Part shown: piece after piece, positions 17,245 through 26,917 of the stretch
Position numbering within the stretch: position 1 is the stretch's first letter
Layout: every line of letters starts with the position of its first letter
NCBI GenBank assembly: GCA_964416155.1
Contig: CAYQCW010000001.1
Coordinates: forward strand, 170,943 to 234,942
Reading direction: 5' to 3'
DNA from: an uncultured Nitrososphaerota archaeon
Lineage (GTDB): Archaea > Thermoproteota > EX4484-205 > JAAOZP01
DNA length: 64,000 bases
Translations under genes and position numbers: made by a program
The notes under the pieces: model-generated
Told to the model about the DNA's origin: nothing
What the model saw: the letters and a program-made list of their open reading frames with translations, nothing else
Databases searched by the model: none

Positions 17245-18174
17245 CTAAGTTAGAACATTGTCAACGCTAAGCAAGCCTAGGTCGTCGACACTAACTCCTT
17301 CAGCAAGAACCCTGTATGCTCCGACGCATCTTTTAGCAACCTCCTTAACAACTGGTTTAGGCAGCTCCGGCGGCTCCCCCTCTCCAACGAAACCCATTCT
17401 CCTTAAGCATTCTCTGAGAAACTCTTTGTCCAGGCAATGCGACTCCTGCGGTTCTCCAACCCTGTAGTATTCGACTGCCCAGAGCCTTGCGGAGTCATGT
17501 GTAGGCGGCTCATCTATCTGAATCAACTCATCCCTGTAGAAGCCAAACTCTATTTTGAAGTCGGGTATTATTATTCCTGCTTTCCGAGCCTCAGCCTCGT
17601 AAAACTCGTAAAGCTTGAGAGCAGCCTCCTCCAGCGTGCGCCAGGTATCCGCGTCAATAAGCTTCATCTCTAACGCTTCAGCCCTGGTGATCTCCCTGTC
17701 GTGGCCCACGTCGGCCTTCGTAGTGGGTGTTAACACTGGTTCCGGAAGCTCCTCAGCCATCCTTAGTCCATCTGGAAACCTTAATCCGTACATTTCCCTC
17801 CTGCCCTCCCTGTAAGCCCTCCATAATGATCCGTAAAGGTATTTCCTAATAACCCATTCAATATTGACCCTCCGAGCCTTCCTCACTAGTATGCTCCTCT
17901 CGTCCACAACGTCTATAAGATGGTTTGGAAAAACCTTTCTGCTCCTCCTCATCCAGAACACAGTCAGCTTCTGCAAGTATTCCCCCTTCCTAGGTATTGG
18001 TGTGGGAAGCACGACGTCGAACACCGAAACCCTGTCAGTGTGATAGATTAGGAGTTCCTCCCCCAGGTCGTATATGTCCCTGACCTTCCCCCTTAACGGC
18101 TTCCCGATGTTCAGGTTAGAGTATTTGACGACGAGTGTTTCCCCGCCTGTTAAAGGATCCTCCGCCAGCCACAT
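17245..18174 (-). CDS. purC: Phosphoribosylaminoimidazole-succinocarboxamide synthase (PurC/SAICAR synthetase)
   Basis: Motifs GKVRDIY and LLIYHTDRVSVFD match PurC. The longer ORF (to 18366) has a non-PurC-like N-terminus, so the start was placed at MWLAEDP. Confidence 0.8.
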   Translation of the reverse strand: MWLAEDPLTGGETLVVKYSNLNIGKPLRGKVRDIYDLGEELLIYHTDRVSVFDVVLPTPIPRKGEYLQKLTVFWMRRSRKVFPNHLIDVVDERSILVRKARRVNIEWVIRKYLYGSLWRAYREGRREMYGLRFPDGLRMAEELPEPVLTPTTKADVGHDREITRAEALEMKLIDADTWRTLEEAALKLYEFYEAEARKAGIIIPDFKIEFGFYRDELIQIDEPPTHDSARLWAVEYYRVGEPQESHCLDKEFLRECLRRMGFVGEGEPPELPKPVVKEVAKRCVGAYRVLAEGVSVDDLGLLSVDNVLT

Positions 18175-18327
18175 CAACGCCTTTTTCACACGGGTGTTTA
18201 AAAACGTTTCCAACCCTAGGGGTTTAAAGCTTATCTTTACCCTCTGCAAAAGCATATTATGGGATGCTCTGTTCCTCCACCGCCACCTGGTCAAATATAC
18301 CTTTCTACGACTCCTGAAATACCTGGC

Positions 18328-18609
18328 ATGAGAATCGTTAAAAGTTTGGGAATAATCTTTGGGCAAACAGTCAGGACGAGGGGTGCTCTTGGAAGATTTG
18401 TAGCTGGGATAGAGGCGCTGGTCGGGGGTAAGTCGGAAGTATACCTCTCGGAAATCGAGAAGGCGAGGAATGAAGCCCTTGAGAACCTGGTGAGGAAAGC
18501 AGCCTCAATGGGTGCAAACGGTGTAGTTGGCGTAGATTTCGAAACGTCTGAAATCCTAGAGGGCTTCATAGTAATCACCGCCGTGGGAACTGCTGTAAAG
18601 GTGGAGTAG
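18328..18609 (+). CDS. YbjQ/UPF0145 (DUF74) family protein
   Basis: MRIVKSLGIIFGQTVRTRG..GANGVVGVDFE is typical of the YbjQ heavy-metal-binding-like fold. Confidence 0.6.
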   Translation: MRIVKSLGIIFGQTVRTRGALGRFVAGIEALVGGKSEVYLSEIEKARNEALENLVRKAASMGANGVVGVDFETSEILEGFIVITAVGTAVKVE

Positions 18610-18698
18610 GAAGACCCTCGGCGCGCTACACGTTTTATTCGTAATTATTGATGTTGGCCCAGGAAACTGTTAAATACTTCCCTCAAGCATGCTTATCC

Positions 18699-18932
18699 AT
18701 GGTTGTTAAAGCATACGTGTTCATAGTGACGAAGCCCGGCACATCCATCGAGGTTTCAAACGAAATTAAGAGGATCAGTGGTGTTTATTCGGCTGACCCT
18801 ATCTACGGCAGGTTCGATGTGGTGGCGACGGTGGAAGCCGAGAGCCCCGAGGAATTAACTAGGCTGCTCTACGAGGTTATTGAGAAGATTCCGAATATAG
18901 TTAGAACGGAAACCTCAATAGTTTTGCAGTGA
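18699..18932 (+). CDS. Stand-alone RAM (Lrp/AsnC ligand-binding) domain protein
   Basis: MVVKAYVFIVTKPGTSIEVSNEIKRISGV..DVVATVEAESPEEL has the shape of an Lrp/AsnC C-terminal domain without an HTH. Confidence 0.5.
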   Translation: MVVKAYVFIVTKPGTSIEVSNEIKRISGVYSADPIYGRFDVVATVEAESPEELTRLLYEVIEKIPNIVRTETSIVLQ

Positions 18933-18938
18933 CTTTAA

Positions 18939-19172
18939 ATGATCAGGGCCTTCATCCTGGTTAGAACCAAGCCGGGTACTTCTGAAGAAGTCGTAAGGGC
19001 AAGAAGGATCAAGGGTGTTAAACTGGCTAATTCCGTCCTAGGAAGGTATGATGCAGTGCTGGTGATAGAATCTAAGAGCCTGGAGGAACTAAGGAAAACT
19101 ATCTACGAGGTTCTGGAGAAGCTTGAGCACGTGGAGCACACGGAGACCCTGATATCTTTCTCTCCAGATTAA
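18939..19172 (+). CDS. Stand-alone RAM (Lrp/AsnC ligand-binding) domain protein, second copy
   Basis: MIRAFILVRTKPGTSEEVV..YDAVLVIESKSLEEL matches the same fold. It sits tandem to the previous ORF, 6 bp apart. Confidence 0.55.
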   Translation: MIRAFILVRTKPGTSEEVVRARRIKGVKLANSVLGRYDAVLVIESKSLEELRKTIYEVLEKLEHVEHTETLISFSPD

Positions 19173-19234
19173 CCGGCGGTCCTTCTCACCCCATGTTTTC
19201 ATCAAACCTGTTAGTGATTTTTTTAAATCAAAGC

Positions 19235-20380
19235 TTAGACGCGATACTCAAATTTACCATCTTTCGAAATAATGATTAGCGAGTTTCCCTCAGCAGATTT
19301 TTCACACCTGCCGATTACTTGGGCACCGACATGGAACTTTTCAGATATATCTATAACAGTATCCTCAAACTCTTTCTCGACAATTATCTCTAAACCTATT
19401 CCCATGTTGAAGCTTCGATACATGTTTACCAGAGTCTCCCGGCTTTCAGCCTGAATCAGCCTAAATATTGGATCTGGTTCAGGAAGATTATCCTTCACAT
19501 ACCTTATGTTCCTCCCTATTTTCAAACATTTCGTTAACCCTCCACCAGTATTATGAATTATGGCTTTAACCTCAACACTTTTAATGACCTCGAGTATTGT
19601 TTGCAGGTAGATCCTAGTCGGCGACAATAATGCTTCCCCGATGCTCATGTTAAGCTCATCTACGAAAGAATCTATTTTGAAGCGACCGTAATACCCTTTG
19701 GCTTCTGAGCCTATCTCAGGATACTTATCCAAGTATTCTCTCGCTAACAGGCAGTGTCTCGCAAGCGTTATCCCGTTGCACATTATTCCACTGTTCTCCT
19801 TCTCCTCATATACGGATCTTCCCCCGCTTCTCAACCCGACTATAACATCCCCGGGCAAAATGTTTCTGCCAGTTATCACTTTGGAGAACTCGACTCTAGC
19901 CATCACTGTTCCTGAAACGTCGAATGTTCTGACAATATCAGGCAGGTCAGCCGTCTCGCCTCCGCTGAAAAGAATAGGAACACCGTTCCCCCTGAGCATT
20001 GAAAAAACTCTGGAGAAGCCTTTAGCAAGGCTTTTGAGGAGCTCCTGTTTTGGGACTTTAAAAGGGTTTACTGCAACATAGTCTGAAAAAGCCACTGGCG
20101 ACCCTCCTACGCAAGCCGCGTCGTCAACATTCATGGCGACAACGTCGTCGGCCAATGTTTCGAAAAACTTCTTCTCACCAGTCTCCTTATAGTAGAGGTA
20201 GGAGACAACTGGCTTTGTTCCAGCACCATCGGTATGAAGAATTATCCCCCAGGCTGGGTTTAAAGAATCCTTAACTACAGGAGAGAAGGCTTCGGGGAAA
20301 ACGTCGTCCGTAATCTTTTTCAAAAACTCCACTCCTGTCTTGCTCACGTCTATGCCGAGCTCCTCATATCTTGAAGACAT
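19235..20380 (-). CDS. purM: Phosphoribosylformylglycinamidine cyclo-ligase (PurM/AIR synthetase)
   Basis: The PurM N-domain motif DVVAMNVDDAACVGG is present and the protein is 381 aa. Confidence 0.85.
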   Translation of the reverse strand: MSSRYEELGIDVSKTGVEFLKKITDDVFPEAFSPVVKDSLNPAWGIILHTDGAGTKPVVSYLYYKETGEKKFFETLADDVVAMNVDDAACVGGSPVAFSDYVAVNPFKVPKQELLKSLAKGFSRVFSMLRGNGVPILFSGGETADLPDIVRTFDVSGTVMARVEFSKVITGRNILPGDVIVGLRSGGRSVYEEKENSGIMCNGITLARHCLLAREYLDKYPEIGSEAKGYYGRFKIDSFVDELNMSIGEALLSPTRIYLQTILEVIKSVEVKAIIHNTGGGLTKCLKIGRNIRYVKDNLPEPDPIFRLIQAESRETLVNMYRSFNMGIGLEIIVEKEFEDTVIDISEKFHVGAQVIGRCEKSAEGNSLIIISKDGKFEYRV

Positions 20381-20487
20381 TCCTGAGATTATTCCAGCGT
20401 AGAACTCTTAAATCTTTAAACTCTCCTCTAGTTGACGCACTACTCATTATTTTTCGAAAGATCGACCCGCTTATTTTTTGGGCTTTA

Positions 20488-21498
20488 TTAGCGTATGTGT
20501 AAAACCGGCTTTGGTCTATAGGGCTCTTCCAAGTACTTGACCTCGTCGTCCGTCAGCTTCACGCTTAACGCCCCCACCGCTTCCTCCAAGTGTTCCACCT
20601 TCGTTGTGCCTATTATGGGCGCCGTGACACCCTTGTGGAAAAGCCACGCTAAGGCGACTTGAGTCGGCGTCACACCCTTGTTTTCCGCGGTTTCCACAAC
20701 CCTCTTAACTATCTCAGCGTTTTCAGGAGGCTCAATGTAGGCCCTGTAAGCGTAAAACCCAGTGTCCGGCTGTAGGCGTTCACTGTCCTTCGGGCCGACG
20801 ATGAGCCTGCCCTCCTTCAAGTATCTGCCGGTGAGAACCCCAGCGGCGTTCGGGCTGTAAGGGATCAGCGCAATATCGTGCACCTTGCAGAAAGGAATCA
20901 TCTCCCTCTCCTCTTCACGGTATAGCAGGTTGTAGAGGTTCTGCATGCTTACGAACTTCTCATACTTTTTCATCTCGCTGGTGAAGAGGGCTGTGGCGAA
21001 CTGCCATGTCCACATGCTTGACGCACCTATGTACCTCGCCTTCCCCTGGCGCACTAAACCGGTTAATGTGGACAGGGTTTCGTCAATCCCCGTGGAATAG
21101 TCCCACCTGTGTATCTGGTATAGGTCAACGTAACCAGTCTTAAGCCTGCTCAACGACCCCTCTATCTGCCTCAAAATATGCTTCCTAGAAAGCCCCGAGT
21201 CGTTTGGCTTGTCCCCCATTGGGAAGAACACTTTTGTAGCCACTACTGCGTCCTCCCTTCTCCCCTGCAGAAACTCCCCCAGTATCTCCTCGGACATTCC
21301 CCTCGAGTACACGTTGGCGGTGTCGTAGAAGTTTATGCCGAGGTCCCACGCCCTGTTCAAAACCTTGAACGCCTCCTCTTTGCCGGAAACCCAACCCCCA
21401 CCCCCGAAGGGCTGCAAGGCTGGGTCACCAAAAGACATGGCTCCTAAGCAGATCTTTGAAACCTTAAGGCCAGACCAGCCTAAACGGACATATTCCAT
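20488..21498 (-). CDS. Aldo/keto reductase
   Basis: The N-terminus MEYVRLGWSGLKVSKICLGAMSFG is typical of aldo/keto reductases, as is the 336-aa length. Confidence 0.85.
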   Translation of the reverse strand: MEYVRLGWSGLKVSKICLGAMSFGDPALQPFGGGGWVSGKEEAFKVLNRAWDLGINFYDTANVYSRGMSEEILGEFLQGRREDAVVATKVFFPMGDKPNDSGLSRKHILRQIEGSLSRLKTGYVDLYQIHRWDYSTGIDETLSTLTGLVRQGKARYIGASSMWTWQFATALFTSEMKKYEKFVSMQNLYNLLYREEEREMIPFCKVHDIALIPYSPNAAGVLTGRYLKEGRLIVGPKDSERLQPDTGFYAYRAYIEPPENAEIVKRVVETAENKGVTPTQVALAWLFHKGVTAPIIGTTKVEHLEEAVGALSVKLTDDEVKYLEEPYRPKPVLHIR

Positions 21499-21606
21499 TT
21501 GTTGAAGTATGCTTTTTATAAGATAAATAAACTTTTGCTACGCCCAGCAGTTCCGTAGCGCCCCTAGCTTTTCTTTAGCGCACACTCGTTGAGAATTAAG
21601 AATAGT

Positions 21607-22347
21607 TTAAGCTACTTTTTTAAGGCCCTCCATAAACCTGCAGGCTTCCTCATAGGTCTGGGGTGTTCCGATGTCAAACCAGTATCCCCGGAAAACGTAG
21701 CCGTAGACAGGCTCGTTCCCGCATAGCCAAGATACGAAGTGTCCGGGACTATCCCTGTGCCCGCCCTCTTCAACGTATCTCTTGATTTTTACGAGCGACC
21801 TCCATGGAAACATGTAGATAGCGGTGGCTATAATGGTTGAACTCGGGTTTACAGGCTTCTCGACGAAATCCACTATTCTACTATCTTCAGCAAGCTTGAC
21901 GCAGGAATACATTTTAACAAGCTCAATGTTCCCAACATCGTAAAGCGCTACAACCGGCGCATTCTTACTGCGGTAGAACTCGAGGAATTCCGTCAAATCA
22001 AGCGAGAAAAGGTTGTCGCCTGCTATAACTAGGTATTCGTCCTCACCGATATTGTCAACAAGCATCGCCAGCGATAATATTGTCCCAAGCTTCTCCTCCT
22101 CCCGCGTACTCCCCTCGACCTGGAGCCTCGTGTTAACATAGCCTCTGGATCCAAGCCATTCTCTAAAATCCTTTTCAAACTTCCTGTTCACGGTGATGAT
22201 GACCTCGCTCGGGTTTAAGATACTTATTTTCTCCATGGTGTAGTCTATTATCGGCCTGTCGCAAACCTTAACCAGCGGCTTCGCCATGTGCACTCCAAGA
22301 TTTTGAAGACGCTTCGCAAAGCCTCCAGCAGGAACTATTACCCTCAA
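21607..22347 (-). CDS. Sugar-phosphate nucleotidyltransferase (NTP-transferase family)
   Basis: MRVIVPAGGFAKRL matches the G-x-G-x-R nucleotide-binding motif. The protein is 246 aa. Confidence 0.7.
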   Translation of the reverse strand: MRVIVPAGGFAKRLQNLGVHMAKPLVKVCDRPIIDYTMEKISILNPSEVIITVNRKFEKDFREWLGSRGYVNTRLQVEGSTREEEKLGTILSLAMLVDNIGEDEYLVIAGDNLFSLDLTEFLEFYRSKNAPVVALYDVGNIELVKMYSCVKLAEDSRIVDFVEKPVNPSSTIIATAIYMFPWRSLVKIKRYVEEGGHRDSPGHFVSWLCGNEPVYGYVFRGYWFDIGTPQTYEEACRFMEGLKKVA

Positions 22348-22474
22348 GACTCCTAAGCGTTATTATTGAAGAGGTTGAAATAAACTTTCCCCCAGAATAT
22401 TAGCGTAAGAGTGTTGTGAAAACATTTATATTTTAAGAGTCTTCTCCTGTGAACACGGATGTGGAAAACCAAGC

Positions 22475-23902
22475 ATGAGTGAGAAAAATACTCTTGTATT
22501 CACAATAGACGCTCAAATAACTCCTTCAGATTACACGGATCTAGTTGACTTCATATATCGGAACTATGTGGCTCCTAATTTGAAGCATTTTGCAAACGTC
22601 GTCAGAAGCACCTCTGAAACAGGGTTTTTCCTCTTCTTTACTGCCGTTGACCCGGATAGGAAATGGTATATCGACGTTCAGATAAGCATTGGAAAACCAA
22701 TCAATGTTAGAATGGTTTTAAGCAACAGCGAGGTTCCAGGATCAGCCGTAAACTGGTTGAGAAGCAGCCTAGTGGCTGCGGTCAGGTTTTTCGAAGAACA
22801 GCTTAGAAAAACAACCGTCTACTTCACCTGGGTCGAGGGCGAGGAAATAATACCTGAAAGGGTTCTTGAAGCCCGTAAGAATTTTGTCTACCGGATGTTT
22901 TCAGAAAGCATGCTTCTCCTTTTCATCCTATTCACCTCGCTCAGCATCATTCTATTCCTAATCTTGGGGTCTTATGCTCCAATAACACTCGTATTAATGC
23001 AGTTCATCCTAATTCTTTTCTCAGACAGGATTATTGGGAGAATGGGAGATTGGCATATCACTGAGAAAAACCCTCTAATACATGTTTTCCAGTATAGTAT
23101 TCCAGTTTCAGAATACAAATCCTTTCTAAACAAGTATGGTGGAGAAATTTTCTCGAAGATTAAGAAAGAGATTTACATCAAGACCCTAGCCGTCAGGAAG
23201 CCAATAGACTATGAAATATGCGCAGAAGTGTTGTCCCATTATGGGTTTGAGTGTAACCCTGAAAAAGCCTCAGCGAAGATCGTGAACTTGTATGAGATTG
23301 TAAAACAGGCTGCGGAGAAGTTTGAGCTTCCAGTGCCCAAGATCGTTGTCTCTAACACGACTCTGCCTAATGCTGCAGCCTCTGGGCCTTATCCGAGCCG
23401 TGGGGTAATCCTAGTGACCACAGGGCTGCTTGTCCAGCTTGACGAAAAGGAGGTTCTAAGCGTTATTGGACATGAGTTCAGCCATCTTAAAGGGAGGGAT
23501 CCGTTGTTTCTCTTTCTCCTGACCTCAATAGAGTATCTTCTCAGGTTTTACGTTTTCTGGCCGCTGCTATACTTCCTAGGATACTTCTATCTTATAATTG
23601 CTCTTGGAGCCGTCTACTTCATAGCTAAGTTTTTCGAGTCCAAGGCTGACTTAGAGTCTGCCATCAGAATAGGTGAGCCGCAGAACCTTGCAAACGCGTT
23701 GAGGAAAATAGGTTTTCGCAGGCTTCAGCTAGAGATGCGACGAGGATACGCTATTCAAGAATGGTTAGGATGGGATCCGCACCCACCTCTCTATTTCAGA
23801 ATATCTAGGCTGGAGAGCCTTAGGGACCCCAGTAGGATAAGGCATCCCTTGATAAGATCTATAAAAGACAATATACTTGGTTTCTTGGAAATAATTGGAT
23901 GA
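22475..23902 (+). CDS. Membrane metalloprotease, M48/HtpX-like HExxH, with a roughly 130-aa N-terminal domain of unknown family
   Basis: Hydrophobic helices flank VIGHEFSHLKGRD, the HExxH zinc motif in the HtpX-like arrangement. No family was recognised for the N-terminal soluble domain. Confidence 0.55.
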   Translation: MSEKNTLVFTIDAQITPSDYTDLVDFIYRNYVAPNLKHFANVVRSTSETGFFLFFTAVDPDRKWYIDVQISIGKPINVRMVLSNSEVPGSAVNWLRSSLVAAVRFFEEQLRKTTVYFTWVEGEEIIPERVLEARKNFVYRMFSESMLLLFILFTSLSIILFLILGSYAPITLVLMQFILILFSDRIIGRMGDWHITEKNPLIHVFQYSIPVSEYKSFLNKYGGEIFSKIKKEIYIKTLAVRKPIDYEICAEVLSHYGFECNPEKASAKIVNLYEIVKQAAEKFELPVPKIVVSNTTLPNAAASGPYPSRGVILVTTGLLVQLDEKEVLSVIGHEFSHLKGRDPLFLFLLTSIEYLLRFYVFWPLLYFLGYFYLIIALGAVYFIAKFFESKADLESAIRIGEPQNLANALRKIGFRRLQLEMRRGYAIQEWLGWDPHPPLYFRISRLESLRDPSRIRHPLIRSIKDNILGFLEIIG

Positions 23903-24483
23903 AAACCCGGAAGATTAGTTTAAAAATTATTAAAGCCACCCTCCATTCTTATTCGGAGTTGAAGTTCAAGGGAATAATCTTAGCAATGCTTGTCTTAGTT
24001 TCTGTTATCATCCTCTCTATTTCTACGAGATATACGAGCATTCCTCAGGCAAATTATACTAGCGGGAAAATTTTAAGCGTTCCTTTCGTCAAGCAGGGAC
24101 CCGACCTTTGCTCCGAGGCCTCCGCCAGCATGGTTCTTCTATATTACAGTCTAAACTTCTCGCAAGAAGAAATAAACGCGATGGGATTCGATAAGTTTGA
24201 GAACATGCTTACCTTCTTAGACAAGCATATTTACTGCTCATATAAATCGCTTTCAGTAGAAGAATTGAGAGAAGAAATTCGAAAAGGCAATCCCGTAATT
24301 ATCAGGTTAAGAATTGGGATTAGCCTCCATACGGTAGTGGCTGTTGGATATGAAAATGATTGGATAATTGTGCACGACCCTGCGTCAGGACCCTTCGTAC
24401 TGCTAAGGGTGGATGAATCGTTCATTTCTTCTTGGGCAGCGACTAACTACGCTTCAATAGTTTCACGTGGCCGTAGGCCTTGA
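23899..24483 (+). CDS. Membrane-anchored C39-like (papain-fold) cysteine peptidase domain protein
   Basis: After an N-terminal TM helix come QGPDLCSEASASMVLLYY (Cys motif) and LHTVVAVGYENDWIIVHDP (His motif), as in the Peptidase_C39_2 family. The start overlaps the upstream stop as ATGA. Confidence 0.45.
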   Translation: MKTRKISLKIIKATLHSYSELKFKGIILAMLVLVSVIILSISTRYTSIPQANYTSGKILSVPFVKQGPDLCSEASASMVLLYYSLNFSQEEINAMGFDKFENMLTFLDKHIYCSYKSLSVEELREEIRKGNPVIIRLRIGISLHTVVAVGYENDWIIVHDPASGPFVLLRVDESFISSWAATNYASIVSRGRRP

Positions 24484-24561
24484 AACATTATTTTCTCTCC
24501 TGATAAAGTATTTTTCCAGCCGCAGAAATTCATAAATCTAAGCATCCAGGAGGAAGGCCGA

Positions 24562-25479
24562 ATGAAACCGGATCCATTATGCATCCCATGCACCGTAAAT
24601 GCCGCCCTAGACATAGCCCTTAAAGCGACTAATGACCAAGACACTATCAGGGAGATACTTTTAGAGAGCTTAAGATGGATTCCGAAGGCCTTCGAGGAGG
24701 ATGCTTCACCGAACGTCCTTCACTCGCAAGTATGCAGGATTACTCGAAAAATAGCCGGAGTGAGAGACCCGTTTAAGCATGTGAAGACTGTTTCAAATGA
24801 AATTGCCTTAAAGGTTTATCCAAGCCTATGTGAAATGCTTGAATCAATCAGGAATGATGTCGAAGTACTTAGGTTTTCCCTCAAAGCATCCATAATTGGA
24901 AATATGATGGATTTTGAGGTGAAAAATTATCGCTTCAATCTTGAAAGCCTAGAATCACGGTTTAAAGACTATTTGAAGGAGCCTTTGGTGATCGACGACG
25001 TGGATAAGCTGTGTGATGCAATCAGCGGCGGGAAGAAGATCCTTTATCTAGCGGATAATGCGGGGGAAATAGTTTTCGATAAGCTTGTCGCGAAATGTCT
25101 GAAAGAGAGATGGGGGTGCAGTGTTACGATGGTTGTTAAAGACGGGCCTGTTTTGAACGATGCGACTCTGGAAGATGCGGAGTACGTCAGGCTTGGCGAT
25201 GCATGTGACAAAATCGTTACTACGGGGGACGACACTATAGGAGTTGTTTTTGACAGGGTTTCGGAGGAGTTTAAGCAAGCCCTGAAGGAATCAGACATAG
25301 TGATATCTAAAGGACAAGGAAACCTCGAGTCTCTCACTGGGCTTGAAAAGAATATTGGCAAGCCTGTTTGCTATGTTCTGAGAGTCAAATGTGAAGTAGT
25401 CGGCAGAAACCTCGATGTCCCAAAGGATTCTAACGTGGTTAAGCTTATAAGGTTCCACAAGTTTCAAAAACTTTATTAG
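24562..25479 (+). CDS. DUF89/ARMT1-like (damage-control phosphatase family) protein
   Basis: Motifs ILYLADNAGEIVFD (DNxGE) and VISKGQGN (KGxxN) match this family. There is an N-terminal C-x-x-C, and the protein is 305 aa. Confidence 0.55.
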   Translation: MKPDPLCIPCTVNAALDIALKATNDQDTIREILLESLRWIPKAFEEDASPNVLHSQVCRITRKIAGVRDPFKHVKTVSNEIALKVYPSLCEMLESIRNDVEVLRFSLKASIIGNMMDFEVKNYRFNLESLESRFKDYLKEPLVIDDVDKLCDAISGGKKILYLADNAGEIVFDKLVAKCLKERWGCSVTMVVKDGPVLNDATLEDAEYVRLGDACDKIVTTGDDTIGVVFDRVSEEFKQALKESDIVISKGQGNLESLTGLEKNIGKPVCYVLRVKCEVVGRNLDVPKDSNVVKLIRFHKFQKLY

Positions 25480-25502
25480 GTTTTACTCTTAAATTACCAT
25501 CT

Positions 25503-26363
25503 ATGAAGAAGGGGATAAATCTTTGGAGCATTGAATGGCCCAGCATTCTGAGGGAACTCGACAATAAGAAGGTTGCCAGGAAGATTAAGGAGATCGGTTA
25601 TGATGGGGTTGAGCTTGTCTTTGACGACAGTAGTTTCGACCCGACTAGGAAGACGGAGGAGGAGATACGGAGAACAGCTGAGGATTTCAAGTCGGAGAGT
25701 CTTGAAATACCCAGCGTGGCGACAGGCGTCTTCTGGAAGTACAATCTCGGCTCAAACGATGAAAAAACTAGGAGCAAAGGCGTCGAGTACGGCAAGGCTG
25801 GTGTTAAAATGGCCAGCATCGTAGGAGCCTCATCGATCCTTGTTGTTCCGGGTGTTGCCTCTCCCGAGACACCTTATGAAGAGCTTTATGTTAATGCTCT
25901 AAATTCGGTGAAAAAACTCGCAGAGTTCGCAGAGGATTATGACGTGACGATAGCTGTTGAAAACGTCTGGAACAAGTTCCTCTACTCTCCCATGGAGTTT
26001 AAGAAATTCATTACGGATGTAGGAATGAGGAATGTTAAAGTATATCTTGACGTTGCCAACCTTATGGCGATATCTCATCCTGAAAACTGGATACATAGCC
26101 TGGGAAACATGGTGTCAAACGTTCACGCCAAGGATTTCGATACTAATATTGGAAATATTAATGGGTTTAGGAACGTGCTTAAAGGAAACGTGGACTGGAG
26201 GAAGATTATCAAGCTGCTTAAAGCAGTAGGATACAACGGTTATCTGACTGTAGAGTGTCCCCCAAGTTTTAATCCCTTGTTGAAGTCTCCCACTGTTCAA
26301 GATATTATGAGGAATGCTGAGGAAAACTGTAGGGCGCTTAAGGAAATCACTAAAGGATTTTGA
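25503..26363 (+). CDS. Sugar phosphate isomerase/epimerase (xylose-isomerase-like TIM barrel)
   Basis: The AP-endonuclease-2/xylose-isomerase-like barrel pattern is present (GYDGVEL.., HAKD, E-rich metal ligands). The protein is 286 aa. Confidence 0.6.
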   Translation: MKKGINLWSIEWPSILRELDNKKVARKIKEIGYDGVELVFDDSSFDPTRKTEEEIRRTAEDFKSESLEIPSVATGVFWKYNLGSNDEKTRSKGVEYGKAGVKMASIVGASSILVVPGVASPETPYEELYVNALNSVKKLAEFAEDYDVTIAVENVWNKFLYSPMEFKKFITDVGMRNVKVYLDVANLMAISHPENWIHSLGNMVSNVHAKDFDTNIGNINGFRNVLKGNVDWRKIIKLLKAVGYNGYLTVECPPSFNPLLKSPTVQDIMRNAEENCRALKEITKGF

Positions 26364-26366
26364 GTC

Positions 26367-26858
26367 TTGAAAAGAATACAGATAAGGAGGAAGGAGGCAG
26401 CTAGGTTTATCGAAGATGCTAAAAACCAAAAAATCTCTTTTAAACTAGACAAGCCGGAGTCTGCGGAGATAGTTGAGCTGGAAGATGCTAAAATACTTCT
26501 TTTAAACCGAACCCCCGCCCTAATAATTTTTCCAGACGGAAGGATCATTCCACATCTTCAAGGCCTTGGAAGAATAACGGTCTGTCCGATAGTGGTTGTT
26601 GACAAGGGTGCTGTAGAATACGTGGTTAAGGGGGCTGACGTGATGATGCCGGGAGTAGTTAAACACAGTAGTTTCAGCAAAGGGGACACTGTTGCAGTTG
26701 TTTCAGAAGACTATGTTGCAATAGCAGTAGGAGTGGCTCTTCAAGACTCTGGGGAAATCGTTAAAGAGGTAAAAGGAAAGATCGTTAAAAATCTGCATAA
26801 GCCCAACGACAAGTTTTTCGTAGGGGTCTCTGGCTTAACCCAGTCCAACAGTGTTTAG
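26367..26858 (+). CDS. PUA-domain protein (pre-PUA plus PUA)
   Basis: The C-terminal segment GAVEYVVKGADVMMPGV matches the PUA fold. It lies 3 bp after the preceding gene. Confidence 0.55.
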   Translation: MKRIQIRRKEAARFIEDAKNQKISFKLDKPESAEIVELEDAKILLLNRTPALIIFPDGRIIPHLQGLGRITVCPIVVVDKGAVEYVVKGADVMMPGVVKHSSFSKGDTVAVVSEDYVAIAVGVALQDSGEIVKEVKGKIVKNLHKPNDKFFVGVSGLTQSNSV

Positions 26859-26917
26859 GACGGTGGCATGCGACGAAAAGTTTTCCACCACTGGCCACAG
26901 TAATTGAGAACAGGCCT

